Shown: positions 19,259-28,568, numbered from the stretch's first letter. The stretch is DNA of 64,000 bases from Bacteroidales bacterium (GCA_034002885.1 JAVEZS010000008.1:6001-70000); one strand, 5' to 3'. The notes: generated from the letters alone by a model not told the origin. Translations and numbers: made by a program.

Positions 19259-20278
19259 TTGTTTAGTCATATAAACCTAACAGGATCGGATTTGCTAAAG
19301 AAACTAAAATATTCATTATTAATATCTTGCCTGATAATTTTTAAAAGTTACGGACAGGATCCGACTTTTTCGCAGTTCTACGCCAACCCCCTTTATCTTG
19401 CGCCTTCATTTGCCGGAGCAACAGAAGAATACAGATTTGCCCTGAACTACAGGAATCAGTGGCCGGCAGTGCCGGGCGTCTTCCACACTTACAGCATATC
19501 GTTTGATAAAGCGCTTGTTAATTTCAATTCGGGTATAGGGGTGCTTGCAACATATGATGTCGCTGGATCGGGAGATCTCTCGAACACAAACATCGGCCTT
19601 CTTTATTCCTACGATTTCAGGATAAACGACGACTGGCATATAAGGCCAGGAGTGAACTTCAAGTTTACGTATCTCAGCCTCAATATCAACAAACTGGTCT
19701 TTGCAAGCCAGATGACCGGGAGCGGAACTGTTCCCTCTATATATCCTCCTCCTTTCAGTAAAGTTGCGGATGTCGATTTTTCAACATCGGCCCTTGTTTA
19801 TAACGACAGGATATGGGGAGGCTTTACGCTCGATCACCTTCTTAATCCCAAACAGTCGTTCTACGGTAACGAATCGACTCTTCCCGTGAAATTCAACTTT
19901 TTCGGTGGTCTTCAGATAATGCGTAAGACGAGGCTCAGACAAACCTACCACGAAGTCTTGTCAGTTGCCATGAATTTTCAGAAACAGGCTGACTTCTATC
20001 AAACAGATGTGGGTTTGTACTATTACCGCGATCCTCTGATCTTCGGACTCTGGTACAGAGGAATACCTTTTGCAACATCTCAGGCAGGGGATGCTGTGAT
20101 ATTCCTGGCGGGGATTAAGACACAGCAGCTTCATATAGGTTACAGTTACGATTTCACAATATCAAACCTTATCGGATCAACATCCGGTGCTCATGAGGTA
20201 TCGCTTGTATACGAATTCAATTCGTTTTCTCTCGGACAGCGAACAAAGATAAGGGCCATACCCTGTCCCGAGTTCTGA
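19259..20278 (+). CDS. PorP/SprF family type IX secretion system membrane protein
   Basis: QDPTFSQFYANPLYLAPSFAG family signature after a signal sequence; beta-barrel-like C-terminus. The start is non-ATG (TTG), and an internal TTG 33 nt downstream is also possible. Confidence 0.8.
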   Translation: MFSHINLTGSDLLKKLKYSLLISCLIIFKSYGQDPTFSQFYANPLYLAPSFAGATEEYRFALNYRNQWPAVPGVFHTYSISFDKALVNFNSGIGVLATYDVAGSGDLSNTNIGLLYSYDFRINDDWHIRPGVNFKFTYLSLNINKLVFASQMTGSGTVPSIYPPPFSKVADVDFSTSALVYNDRIWGGFTLDHLLNPKQSFYGNESTLPVKFNFFGGLQIMRKTRLRQTYHEVLSVAMNFQKQADFYQTDVGLYYYRDPLIFGLWYRGIPFATSQAGDAVIFLAGIKTQQLHIGYSYDFTISNLIGSTSGAHEVSLVYEFNSFSLGQRTKIRAIPCPEF

Positions 20279-20314
20279 CCTGAAGAATTCATTTTCCGAG
20301 CTCTTAAAATTAAC

Positions 20315-20340
20315 TTTAATGATATGTCATTATCATTAAA
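20315..20340. repeat. AT-rich inverted repeat TTTAATGATA-tgtcat-TATCATTAAA
   Basis: Perfect 10-bp arms with a 6-nt spacer, between the porP/sprF stop and the ompH start. Confidence 0.5.
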
Positions 20341-20388
20341 TTAATTATCTTTGCGCCTTACTAATACTAAATAACCATTTTGTTCAAG

Positions 20389-20985
20389 ATGAAGAAACTA
20401 ACTGCCGCTTTGTTCGTTGTATTATTTCTTGCTGTTGCAGCTTTATTCCTCCTTCACTTCACCGGAAGGGGAAAATCAGAAAAGGGAACCACTGCCGGAA
20501 GCCAGGTGATTAACACGGGTGGAATAGCATACGTCAATATCGATACCGTAGTTTTCAAATTCAACATGTATGCCGACAGGCGGGCAGATCTTCTTGATAA
20601 GCAGAGCAAGGCTGAAGCTGAACTTAATTCAAAGGGTAGTCAGTACGAGAGAGGTATCAAGGATTATCAGGACAAAGTCAACAAAGGTCTGGTTACCAGG
20701 GCAACAGCCGCCGAAATGGAACAGGCTCTTTATCAGCAGCAGCAGGAGCTTGTCACTCTGCGCGACAAACTGCAGTCAGATCTGCTGGAAGAAGATCAGG
20801 TTATGAACAGGCAGATACTCGAATATATCACTTCCTATCTCGAGGAAAACAAGGACAAATACAATTATCAGTATATCTTCGGAAAGAGCTTTGGCAGTAA
20901 TGTGCTCTACGGTAACTCCGAATTTGATATCACCCAGCAGGTTGTAGACGGACTGAATGCAAAATATCAGACCGAGAAAAAATAA
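20389..20985 (+). CDS. OmpH/Skp family periplasmic chaperone
   Basis: N-terminal signal/anchor MKKLTAALFVVLFLAVAALF, a Gln/Glu-rich coiled coil, about 198 aa. Confidence 0.75.
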   Translation: MKKLTAALFVVLFLAVAALFLLHFTGRGKSEKGTTAGSQVINTGGIAYVNIDTVVFKFNMYADRRADLLDKQSKAEAELNSKGSQYERGIKDYQDKVNKGLVTRATAAEMEQALYQQQQELVTLRDKLQSDLLEEDQVMNRQILEYITSYLEENKDKYNYQYIFGKSFGSNVLYGNSEFDITQQVVDGLNAKYQTEKK

Positions 20986-20991
20986 CCGGTA

Positions 20992-22254
20992 ATGGGTTTT
21001 GCCTGTGATTATCTCAAATACAGATCACTTTTTCCCCCGCTTATAGAAGAGGCCCCCAGAGGAGATACAGGAATTATAGTAGTTATTCCTTCGTTCAATG
21101 AACCCGATATCGCAATTGTCCTGAACTCACTGAACTCATGCATTGTTCCCCCATGTGGTGTCGAAGTCGTAATAATAGTCAACGCTCCGGAAGGAGCGAC
21201 TCCTGAACAGCTTGATAACAACAGGCTTACAGTAGAAGCTGCCATAGACTGGAAGAAAAAAACCCCTGATTGTTTTTTCCGGCTTTATGTCAGGGATGTT
21301 ACAGGAAATGAACCCCCTGAATGGGGCGTTGGCATGGCCAGGAAGACAGGGATGGATGAGGCTGTGAGGCGCCTTGATATCCTGGGGAATCCGGATGGAG
21401 TGATACTGAGCCTTGATGCTGACTGTACTGTCGGAAAAAACTATTTTACAGAAGTATTTGGCAGCTTGCTGAAAAAAAAGGAGAGAACGGGTTGTTCTGT
21501 CTTTTTTGAGCATCCTTCCGAAGGTGATGACTTTCCATCCGAAGTCTACAGGTCAGTAGTTTTATATGAACTGCACCTGAGATACTACTTCAGGGCTCTG
21601 TCGATGACAGGATTCCCCTATGTTCATCACACAGTTGGGTCGGCAATTGCCGTCAAGGCTCTGTCGTACGTGAGATCTGGAGGAATGAACCGCCGGCAGG
21701 CAGGTGAGGATTTTTACTTTATACAGAAACTTGTTCAGACCGGAGGTTTTTTTAATCTCAATTCAACAACAGTCTATCCTTCTCCAAGGGTATCTGACCG
21801 GGTACCTTTCGGAACAGGTCCCGCCGTTGCAAAAATGCTGAACGAAGGTGAAGGGACATTTCTGTCCTATAACCCTGCGGCTTTTGAGGACCTTGGAAAG
21901 CTGTTTGGAAAAACCGAGCCCCTTTACGGGCTGGATACCCGGGGCCTGCGGTCTTTCCACCGTCAGCTGCCGGATAGTCTGAAAAGCTTTATTGGACCTG
22001 AAGAATGGCAATCCAGAGTCACTGAGATAAGAAATAACACTTCCGGACAGCAATCCTTCCGGAAGAGATTCTTTTCATGGTTTAATATGTTCAAAGTTGT
22101 AAAGTACCTGAATTTTGTGCATGACAGTCACTTTGAGAAAAAACCGGTTGTATGGTCAGCTTCTGGACTGATCTCCTCAATGGGTGCTTTATATGTCCCT
22201 GATGACCCCGCAGAACTGCTTTTCTGCTACAGGGTGATGGAGAGGAGCGCTTAG
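20992..22254 (+). CDS. Glycosyltransferase family 2 protein
   Basis: IVVIPSFNEPD and SLDADC (DxD) GT-A motifs; 420 aa. Confidence 0.72.
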   Translation: MGFACDYLKYRSLFPPLIEEAPRGDTGIIVVIPSFNEPDIAIVLNSLNSCIVPPCGVEVVIIVNAPEGATPEQLDNNRLTVEAAIDWKKKTPDCFFRLYVRDVTGNEPPEWGVGMARKTGMDEAVRRLDILGNPDGVILSLDADCTVGKNYFTEVFGSLLKKKERTGCSVFFEHPSEGDDFPSEVYRSVVLYELHLRYYFRALSMTGFPYVHHTVGSAIAVKALSYVRSGGMNRRQAGEDFYFIQKLVQTGGFFNLNSTTVYPSPRVSDRVPFGTGPAVAKMLNEGEGTFLSYNPAAFEDLGKLFGKTEPLYGLDTRGLRSFHRQLPDSLKSFIGPEEWQSRVTEIRNNTSGQQSFRKRFFSWFNMFKVVKYLNFVHDSHFEKKPVVWSASGLISSMGALYVPDDPAELLFCYRVMERSA

Positions 22255-22589
22255 CGGGTTTTTCTTTTTACCTGCCTCTCCTCCTTTGGAGAAAGAATTA
22301 TGTAAAGGTCTTCGTCAGGCCTTTTCATCCTGTATTGTTCCCGTGCAAACTTCTCAAGGTTCCTGTCGCTAGTCCTGAGCTCATGAAGCTTCTTCCTGTC
22401 CTCTTCAATGCGCATTGTATAATATTCCCTGTCTGCTTTCAGTTTCCGGAGATTTTTCATCTCCTTGTGCCTTGAAATGAGATTGTTTGAATCCAGGAAC
22501 ACTATCCAAAGGATAAAGAGGATGATGGTCAGGATATATTTGTTCCTGAGAACAGGGGGAACCTTATCGATATATTTGAACCTTATCAT
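22251..22589 (-). CDS. FtsB/FtsL-like septum formation initiator family protein
   Basis: 112 aa, one N-terminal TM helix (YILTIILFILWIVFL) followed by a coiled coil. Confidence 0.65.
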   Translation of the reverse strand: MIRFKYIDKVPPVLRNKYILTIILFILWIVFLDSNNLISRHKEMKNLRKLKADREYYTMRIEEDRKKLHELRTSDRNLEKFAREQYRMKRPDEDLYIILSPKEERQVKRKTR

Positions 22590-22615
22590 TCGAATACAAA
22601 CCTACAACTTTTTTT

Positions 22616-22819
22616 TTAACCGCCGCTCATAAGATAATGCATCTGAACAATATCACCATCACTGATATATGTGGTCCCGTACTTTTCCGCCGGTATTAGT
22701 GTCCCGTTGATTTTTATTATCCTGAGCCTGAATGAGAATTTTTTAATCATGATCATCTCATTCACGGTCATTGACTTCGCGTCGAACTCTTCCGTCCTGT
22801 TGTTCAAGATGATCTTCAT
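22616..22819 (-). CDS. ThiS/MoaD family sulfur-carrier protein
   Basis: 67 aa, beta-grasp size, C-terminal diglycine (...YLMSGG), immediately downstream of an E1-like gene. Confidence 0.75.
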   Translation of the reverse strand: MKIILNNRTEEFDAKSMTVNEMIMIKKFSFRLRIIKINGTLIPAEKYGTTYISDGDIVQMHYLMSGG

Positions 22820-22832
22820 AACACTTTGCTGT

Positions 22833-23420
22833 TCATTTCAGGTTCATCAGAAGCTCTACCACTATATTGGCTTGCATGCATGCGACTATTCCCACCCTTG
22901 GAGCGAGGGGAGGCTTTTCTTCCGATACCTCCGAGATCTCATCACCGCAAATATAAAGCGTTCCGTCGATCTTTCTAGATCTGAGGCGGTTATTCCCTCC
23001 CCAGCCTGCCATCCCTGATCCTAATATCAGAGGAATTTCAGGGAGCAATAATTGTATAGTCTCGGCAAACATGCGCTTCATTTCCGCCTCGTCGAGAGCC
23101 TCTACTATCACGCTGCAGTCCCCGAAAATTCCGGCCGAATTTTCCCTGTCAAGTCTGACATTCCGGGTAATAATATCAAGATGAGGCCTTATCCTGAGAA
23201 GGTTCTCCCTAAGAGCTTCAGTCTTTGGCATCCCTGACTGTTCAGGAAAATAATACTGCCTCGAAAGGTTTGACATGTCGACATTGTCAAAGTCGGCAAT
23301 TACAAGAGAGCCTATGCCTGCACGTGCCAGAAAAGCCGCACAGTTTGAACCCAGTCCTCCTGCACCTGCAATGCCGACCCTGAATCTGGAAAGATGACCT
23401 TCAATATCCCGTAGGCGCAT
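22833..23420 (-). CDS. ThiF/MoeB/HesA family E1-like adenylyltransferase (compact, 195 aa)
   Basis: GAGGLGSNCAAFLARAGIG...DFDNVDMSNLSRQ nucleotide-binding motif. Confidence 0.8.
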   Translation of the reverse strand: MRLRDIEGHLSRFRVGIAGAGGLGSNCAAFLARAGIGSLVIADFDNVDMSNLSRQYYFPEQSGMPKTEALRENLLRIRPHLDIITRNVRLDRENSAGIFGDCSVIVEALDEAEMKRMFAETIQLLLPEIPLILGSGMAGWGGNNRLRSRKIDGTLYICGDEISEVSEEKPPLAPRVGIVACMQANIVVELLMNLK

Positions 23421-23575
23421 TAGTCAACGGATTAATCAAATACCCTTATGCAAATATACAGAGTTTGGAAATATCTGGTTACTGAAATTGGCACCCATGC
23501 AGATGTTGATTATTATCATTCCCTAAATGTTGCCGAAGGATTAAATTTGAGATTGAATTTTTTAATTACTAAATT

Positions 23576-25753
23576 GTGACAAACAATCAAATCGATGATA
23601 TGGATGTAGCTAAACTAAAATCCGGACACCGGCTGGTGAAGAGGTGGGAATATATCTGGACCCCTCTGAACAAGGGCTATACCGACAAGACTCTCTACAT
23701 CAATGTCGGATCAGCGGAAATCCGCGACAAGGATGTTCCACCGGTCATGAAGGAAAAGTTCATAGGAGGCAAGGGATACGGACTACGTCTTCTCTGGGAC
23801 GGAACAAGACCGGACACCCGCTGGAATGATCCCGACAATGAGATAATTATCTCATCAGGCCCCATTGGAGGAATTACTCAGTACTCCGGAACAGGCAAGT
23901 CGCTGGTGGTTAGTATTTCGCCTCAGACCGACTCAGTGATGGATAGCAATGTCGGAGGATTTTTCGGTCCCTTCCTGAAATTTTCAGGATTCGATGCCCT
24001 CGAAATTCAGGGTAAGGCTGAAAAAGATGTCATAGTCTTTATTGACGGGGTTAATCACTTTGTTGAGATCTTTGAAGCTCCTTATGAATCGGTTGACAGC
24101 CATCTTCTTGCTGAGGAACTGACCGAAATGTTCGCGGATAACGACAGCGATAAAAAGAATATAGGAGTGGTCTCATCAGGATCAGCTGCTGAGAATTCCC
24201 TTATCGGTATGCTTAATTTCAGCTTCTATGATCCCAAAAGGAAAAAGGTCAGACTGAAACAGGCAGGCCGGGGAGGAATTGGAACTGTCTTTCGTAATAA
24301 AAAAATCAAAGCCCTTGTTTGCAAGATCCCGGGAGTGAAGGGTAACCTCAACAATGTGGTAGACCTTGAAGCCATTATGGAAAGAGGCCGCCGCTTCAAC
24401 AGGGAGATGAGGGACCTGGATGACAAGCAATGCCAGATGAGGCAGACCGGTACCGCCCACCTTATGGAGATAATGAACGACCACGACCTGCTACCGGTAC
24501 ATAATTATAAGTTCGGCTCTCACCCCGATGCATATAAAATCGATTCAACTGTATGGAAAAGACACTTCACACAGAACATTCCCGATGGCTGCTGGATAGG
24601 TTGCAATATGTCGTGCAGCAAGGGAGTCGATGATTTTGAGATACAGACAGGCCCCTACAAAGGCCGTAAGGTCATTGTCGACGGCCCGGAATACGAAAAT
24701 GCTGCCGGACTTGGCGCAAATTGCGGAATTTTTGACCCCGGATATGTTATTGAAGCGAATTTCTACTGCGACACATACGGTATCTGCACAATAACCTGGA
24801 GTACCCTCTCTGCTTTTATAATGGAATGCTACGAAAACGGTATTCTGAACATTGAACGGACAGGGGGACTGGAACTTGAATTCGGCAACTCTGAGGCGGC
24901 TCTCGAATTGCTCCACCAGCTTGCCAGGGGAGAAGGTTTCGGGAAAACAGCCGGCCTCGGAGTAAGGAAAATGAAGCAAATGTTCATTGAAAAAGGATGG
25001 GGCAACCCTGACTTTCTCAATGATATCGGTATGGAAAACAAAGGACTTGAATATTCCCAGTATATGCCAAAGGAATCATTGGCACAACAGGGAGGATTCG
25101 CACTGACAAACAAGGGCCCCCAGCACGATGAAGCCTGGCTGATATTTATGGATATGGTTAATAACCAGATACCGACATTCGAGAACAAGGCTGAAGCCCT
25201 TCATTATTTTCCGATGTTCCGCACCTGGTTCGGCCTGGTTGGACTTTGTAAACTTCCATGGAATGATGTAGAACCTGAAAACAATGCTCAGACAGACGAA
25301 CCGGCAAAAGTGCCGGAGCATGTCGATAACTATGTGACCATTTACAAGGCGGTGACCGGAAGGGATTTCGATAAGAACAGACTTATTGAAGATTCCGAAC
25401 GCGTTTATAATTTCCAGAGGATTTTCAATATACGCAGGGGATTCGGTACGAGAAAATACGACCGCCAGCCTTACAGGGCAGCAGGCCCTGTAACAGCCGA
25501 GGAATACGAATCGAGGGCAGAACGATACGATAAACAGCTCAGGGAAAAAATCGGCGTTGATCCCGAAGGCAGAACTACAGCCGAAAAAATGAAGATACTG
25601 CGCAAATACAGGGAAGATCAGTATGAAAGCCTGGTCGATGCCGTCTATAAAAGAAGGGGATGGAACAGCAACGGCGTACCTACCCTTGGATTCCTGAAAA
25701 AGATCGGAATGGACCTTCCGGAGTTGATCGAGACCGTGAAGGACCTGCAGTAA
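23576..25753 (+). CDS. Aldehyde:ferredoxin oxidoreductase (AOR) family tungsto/molybdo-pterin enzyme, long form (725 aa)
   Basis: KFIGGKGYGLRLLW N-domain motif, Cys cluster CWIGCNMSC, later GLCKLPW, C-terminal YKRRGWNSNGVPT. GTG start at 23576; ATG alternative at 23600. Confidence 0.8.
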   Translation: MTNNQIDDMDVAKLKSGHRLVKRWEYIWTPLNKGYTDKTLYINVGSAEIRDKDVPPVMKEKFIGGKGYGLRLLWDGTRPDTRWNDPDNEIIISSGPIGGITQYSGTGKSLVVSISPQTDSVMDSNVGGFFGPFLKFSGFDALEIQGKAEKDVIVFIDGVNHFVEIFEAPYESVDSHLLAEELTEMFADNDSDKKNIGVVSSGSAAENSLIGMLNFSFYDPKRKKVRLKQAGRGGIGTVFRNKKIKALVCKIPGVKGNLNNVVDLEAIMERGRRFNREMRDLDDKQCQMRQTGTAHLMEIMNDHDLLPVHNYKFGSHPDAYKIDSTVWKRHFTQNIPDGCWIGCNMSCSKGVDDFEIQTGPYKGRKVIVDGPEYENAAGLGANCGIFDPGYVIEANFYCDTYGICTITWSTLSAFIMECYENGILNIERTGGLELEFGNSEAALELLHQLARGEGFGKTAGLGVRKMKQMFIEKGWGNPDFLNDIGMENKGLEYSQYMPKESLAQQGGFALTNKGPQHDEAWLIFMDMVNNQIPTFENKAEALHYFPMFRTWFGLVGLCKLPWNDVEPENNAQTDEPAKVPEHVDNYVTIYKAVTGRDFDKNRLIEDSERVYNFQRIFNIRRGFGTRKYDRQPYRAAGPVTAEEYESRAERYDKQLREKIGVDPEGRTTAEKMKILRKYREDQYESLVDAVYKRRGWNSNGVPTLGFLKKIGMDLPELIETVKDLQ

Positions 25754-25800
25754 TTTTGACTTTTACCTTCTTCACTCAAACGAAAACTACCAGAAAACGG

Positions 25801-25995
25801 TTGCGATATATATCAATCATATCGTTGATATTAATCATTTTCTCTGGCTCAATTAACAACACCAGAAGAAAGGGAGAGGTAACTGTTTTTTGTGCCGGCA
25901 GTCTCCCAGTGCCTTTCAAAAGGCTGGCTGCGAAATATGATTCGTTGAACTGGATGAAGACCCTCTTCTCTGACGAATTTCCACACAGGGCTTGA
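25801..25995 (+). pseudogene. Remnant of a periplasmic molybdate/tungstate-binding protein gene (ModA/WtpA/TupA-like), internally deleted
   Basis: The 64-codon frame encodes a signal peptide (LRYISIISLILIIFSGS) and the conserved first strand VTVFCAGSLPVPFKRLAAKY. It then runs into a short C-terminal-like tail and a stop. No permease or ATPase genes follow. Confidence 0.5.
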
Positions 25996-26087
25996 TCTCA
26001 AAGGACCTTTTCCCAGGAAAGACATCCGGCTTTGTGGTGGTTTAGCTCCCGGCTGAAGATTTGAAAATGGAATAAAATAAAAAGAAA

Positions 26088-27263
26088 ATGATTGAATTTC
26101 AAGAAGCGTTTGACATCGTGACCAGCATGGAGTTCAGGACCGGGTCTGAAATAATACACCTGACAAGATCGCTCAACCGTGTTCTGTCTGCAAATGTTGT
26201 AAGCGATATGGATCTTCCTCCGTTTGACAAGGCAGCTGTTGATGGATTTGCATGCAGGAAGGAAGACCTGGGCAATGAACTGGAAATTCTCGAGACAATA
26301 CCGGCGGGGGTCTGGCCCTCGCGGAAGACAGGAAGAAACCAGTGCTCACGGATTATGACAGGGGCTCCCGTGCCTGAAGGCGCCGACTGTGTCTTGATGG
26401 TCGAAGATACGATCATCAATCCTTCGGGAAAAGTGAGACTGACAGTTCCATTTTCAAAGAAAAACATAGCCTTCAGGGGAGAAGATGCAAAAAAAGGAGA
26501 TGTGCTGCTCAGTTCCGGCAGGCTGATCTCACCCCAGGATATTGCTGTTATGGCTTCTGCAGGTTATGTCAATGTGGAAGTAAGCAGAAAGGTGAGAATC
26601 GGTGTTGCAAGCTCGGGAAGTGAACTGGTTGAACCTGACAGGGTACCGGGTCTGTCGCAGATCCGAAACAGCAATTCAGGCCAGCTGATGGCTCAGATCG
26701 AAAGGACCGGGGCAAGCGGTAAGTATTACGGGATTGCACCCGACAATGAAGAACAGACCTTTGAAATAGTGTCAGAGGCAATTTCTGAAAACGACATCCT
26801 GATCATAACGGGAGGGGTTTCCATGGGAGACTTCGACTTTGTTCCTTTGGTTCTTGAGAGAGCCGGGGTTAAGATACTCTTTAACCGGGTTGCAGTCCAG
26901 CCCGGAAAACCAACAACTTTCGGCATTCATCCCGGAGCCTTTGTTTTCGGACTTCCGGGAAATCCGGTATCTTCGTTCATACAGTTTGAACTTCTTGTCA
27001 GGCCGCTTGTATATAAGATGATGGGCCACGACTGGAAGCCACTGGAATTTAAATTACCGATGAGAGAAAGCTATGTGAGGAGCTACGCCGACCGCCTTGC
27101 CTTTATCCCGGTCAGGATTACAGGAAACGGAGCCCTTTCTCCTGTTGAATACCATGGTTCGGCTCATATCTCGGCACTGCCTGGAGCTGATGGAATTATA
27201 GCGATGCCTGTCGGAAAATTCATTTTTGACAAAGGGGAAATAGTAAGTGTACGACCAATATAG
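26088..27263 (+). CDS. moeA: Molybdopterin molybdenumtransferase
   Basis: IMTGAPVPEGADCV, GGVSMGDFDF and GLPGNPVSS motifs; 391 aa. Confidence 0.9.
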   Translation: MIEFQEAFDIVTSMEFRTGSEIIHLTRSLNRVLSANVVSDMDLPPFDKAAVDGFACRKEDLGNELEILETIPAGVWPSRKTGRNQCSRIMTGAPVPEGADCVLMVEDTIINPSGKVRLTVPFSKKNIAFRGEDAKKGDVLLSSGRLISPQDIAVMASAGYVNVEVSRKVRIGVASSGSELVEPDRVPGLSQIRNSNSGQLMAQIERTGASGKYYGIAPDNEEQTFEIVSEAISENDILIITGGVSMGDFDFVPLVLERAGVKILFNRVAVQPGKPTTFGIHPGAFVFGLPGNPVSSFIQFELLVRPLVYKMMGHDWKPLEFKLPMRESYVRSYADRLAFIPVRITGNGALSPVEYHGSAHISALPGADGIIAMPVGKFIFDKGEIVSVRPI

Positions 27264-27542
27264 CAGAAGAATAGAGTATCTCCGCATCCCGGTTACCGAC
27301 AGATGCAACCTCAGATGCAGGTATTGCATGCCTGAAGAAGGAATAAAGCTCCTCAGCCATGCAGATATCCTGACCTTAGATGAGATAGCGGATTTTACAG
27401 CAACAGCTGTCGCGAATGGAATTACTAAAGTAAGAATAACAGGCTGAGACTCACTTCAGACAGAAAGCTTAAACCCTGCCTGTTCAATGATGCCGGGTTC
27501 GATATCAGTGAATGGGATATGAAAAAGTGTTTAAAGCAGTAA
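27247..27542 (+). pseudogene. moaA: GTP 3',8-cyclase (MoaA) remnant: N-terminal 66 codons, stop, then a frame-shifted C-terminal 32 codons; about 230 codons missing
   Basis: The N-terminal piece has YLRIPVTDRCNLRCRYCMPEEG...ITKVRITG followed by TGA at 27445. Another frame reads LRLTSDRKLKPCLFNDAGFDI..., which is the conserved MoaA C-terminal strand. Intact MoaA is about 325 aa. Confidence 0.75.
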
Positions 27543-27612
27543 TAGGAACCAAACCAGCAATCGGACAACGAAACAATAAAAACAGTTTTTATAATATTGG
27601 AGGTTAACAACT

Positions 27613-28059
27613 ATGGAAAAACTAACGCACATCGATGAAAAAGGTAAAGCAGAAATGGTAAATGTCGGCCCGAAGGAAATCCAGGAAAGGATAGTAAAAG
27701 CATCGGGGCATATTAGGCTTGGTTCTGAAACACTAAAGCTGATAAATGACAACCTTCTTGAAAAGGGAGATGTACTTACCGTGGCAAAGCTTGCCGGAAT
27801 AATTGCAGCAAAACAGACTTCGTCACTTATCCCGCTCACTCACAATATTTTCATCGATTGGGTAAACATAGATCTATATGCCGACGAAACGGGGATCACA
27901 GCTGATAGCGAAGTGAGATGCACAGGTAAAACAGGTGCCGAAATGGAAGCCCTAACTTCTGTTAGCATGGCCCTTCTTACAGTATATGATATGTGTAAGG
28001 CAGTTGACAAACTGATGGTCATCGACAGGATAATGGTGACAGAAAAAACCAAAAAATGA
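27613..28059 (+). CDS. moaC: Cyclic pyranopterin monophosphate synthase
   Basis: LTHIDEKGKAEMVNV, SLIPLTH and GKTGAEMEALT motifs; 148 aa. GGAGG lies 9 nt upstream of the ATG. Confidence 0.9.
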   Translation: MEKLTHIDEKGKAEMVNVGPKEIQERIVKASGHIRLGSETLKLINDNLLEKGDVLTVAKLAGIIAAKQTSSLIPLTHNIFIDWVNIDLYADETGITADSEVRCTGKTGAEMEALTSVSMALLTVYDMCKAVDKLMVIDRIMVTEKTKK

Positions 28060-28568
28060 GTATTCCCGTCATATTCAGGGTGCTGATTGTAACTCTCAGC
28101 GACAGGGCTTTCCGGGGCGATTACAAAGACCTTAGCGGCCCCAGGGCAGAAGAAAGGCTGACAAGGTTTTTCGCCGTGCAGAACTGGAAGTGCACGATTG
28201 AGCGAAGTGTGATTCCTGATGATGCAGAATCGTTCAGGAGCCTTCTTGAGAAATCTGCAGGGAATCATGACCTTCTGTTTACAACTGGTGGCACGGGAAT
28301 CGGCCCCCGGGATATTACCGTTGACACAGTTAAGCCATTGCTCGACAAGGAGATCCCTGGAATAATGGAATATATAAGAGTGCGTTACGGTACTGAAAAA
28401 CCAAATGCTCTTCTTAGCAGGGGAGTGGCCGGCATACGGGGAAATACTCTCATCTATACCCTGCCGGGTTCGCTGAAGGCCGTTGATGAATACCTGGATG
28501 AAATTGAGAAATCGCTGGCTCATGCTATATTCATGCTGCATGGGGAGGATATCCACGACAAACACTAA
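28056..28568 (+). CDS. moaB: MoaB/Mog family molybdopterin adenylyltransferase-like protein
   Basis: TLSDRAFRGDYKDLSGP and TTGGTGIGPRD motifs; start overlaps the moaC stop. Confidence 0.85.
   Translation: MSIPVIFRVLIVTLSDRAFRGDYKDLSGPRAEERLTRFFAVQNWKCTIERSVIPDDAESFRSLLEKSAGNHDLLFTTGGTGIGPRDITVDTVKPLLDKEIPGIMEYIRVRYGTEKPNALLSRGVAGIRGNTLIYTLPGSLKAVDEYLDEIEKSLAHAIFMLHGEDIHDKH

Noticed and set aside
23421-23575. Possible TPP or Moco riboswitch upstream of thiF/thiS or AOR
   Set aside because: Neither strand shows the CTGAGA / ACCTGATCTGGATAATGCCAGCG-type TPP elements. I saw no convincing conserved Moco-motif helices. The region is short and AT-rich, like an ordinary divergent promoter.
27595-27612. 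GGAGG Shine-Dalgarno-like sequence upstream of moaC as a sign of foreign origin
   Set aside because: This is a single occurrence. The neighbouring moeA and moaB starts look like typical Bacteroidota leaders, so the evidence for horizontal transfer is insufficient.
27840-28565. 241-aa ORF on the minus strand
   Set aside because: It is antisense to moaC and moaB, both of which carry unambiguous family motifs, so it is a shadow ORF.
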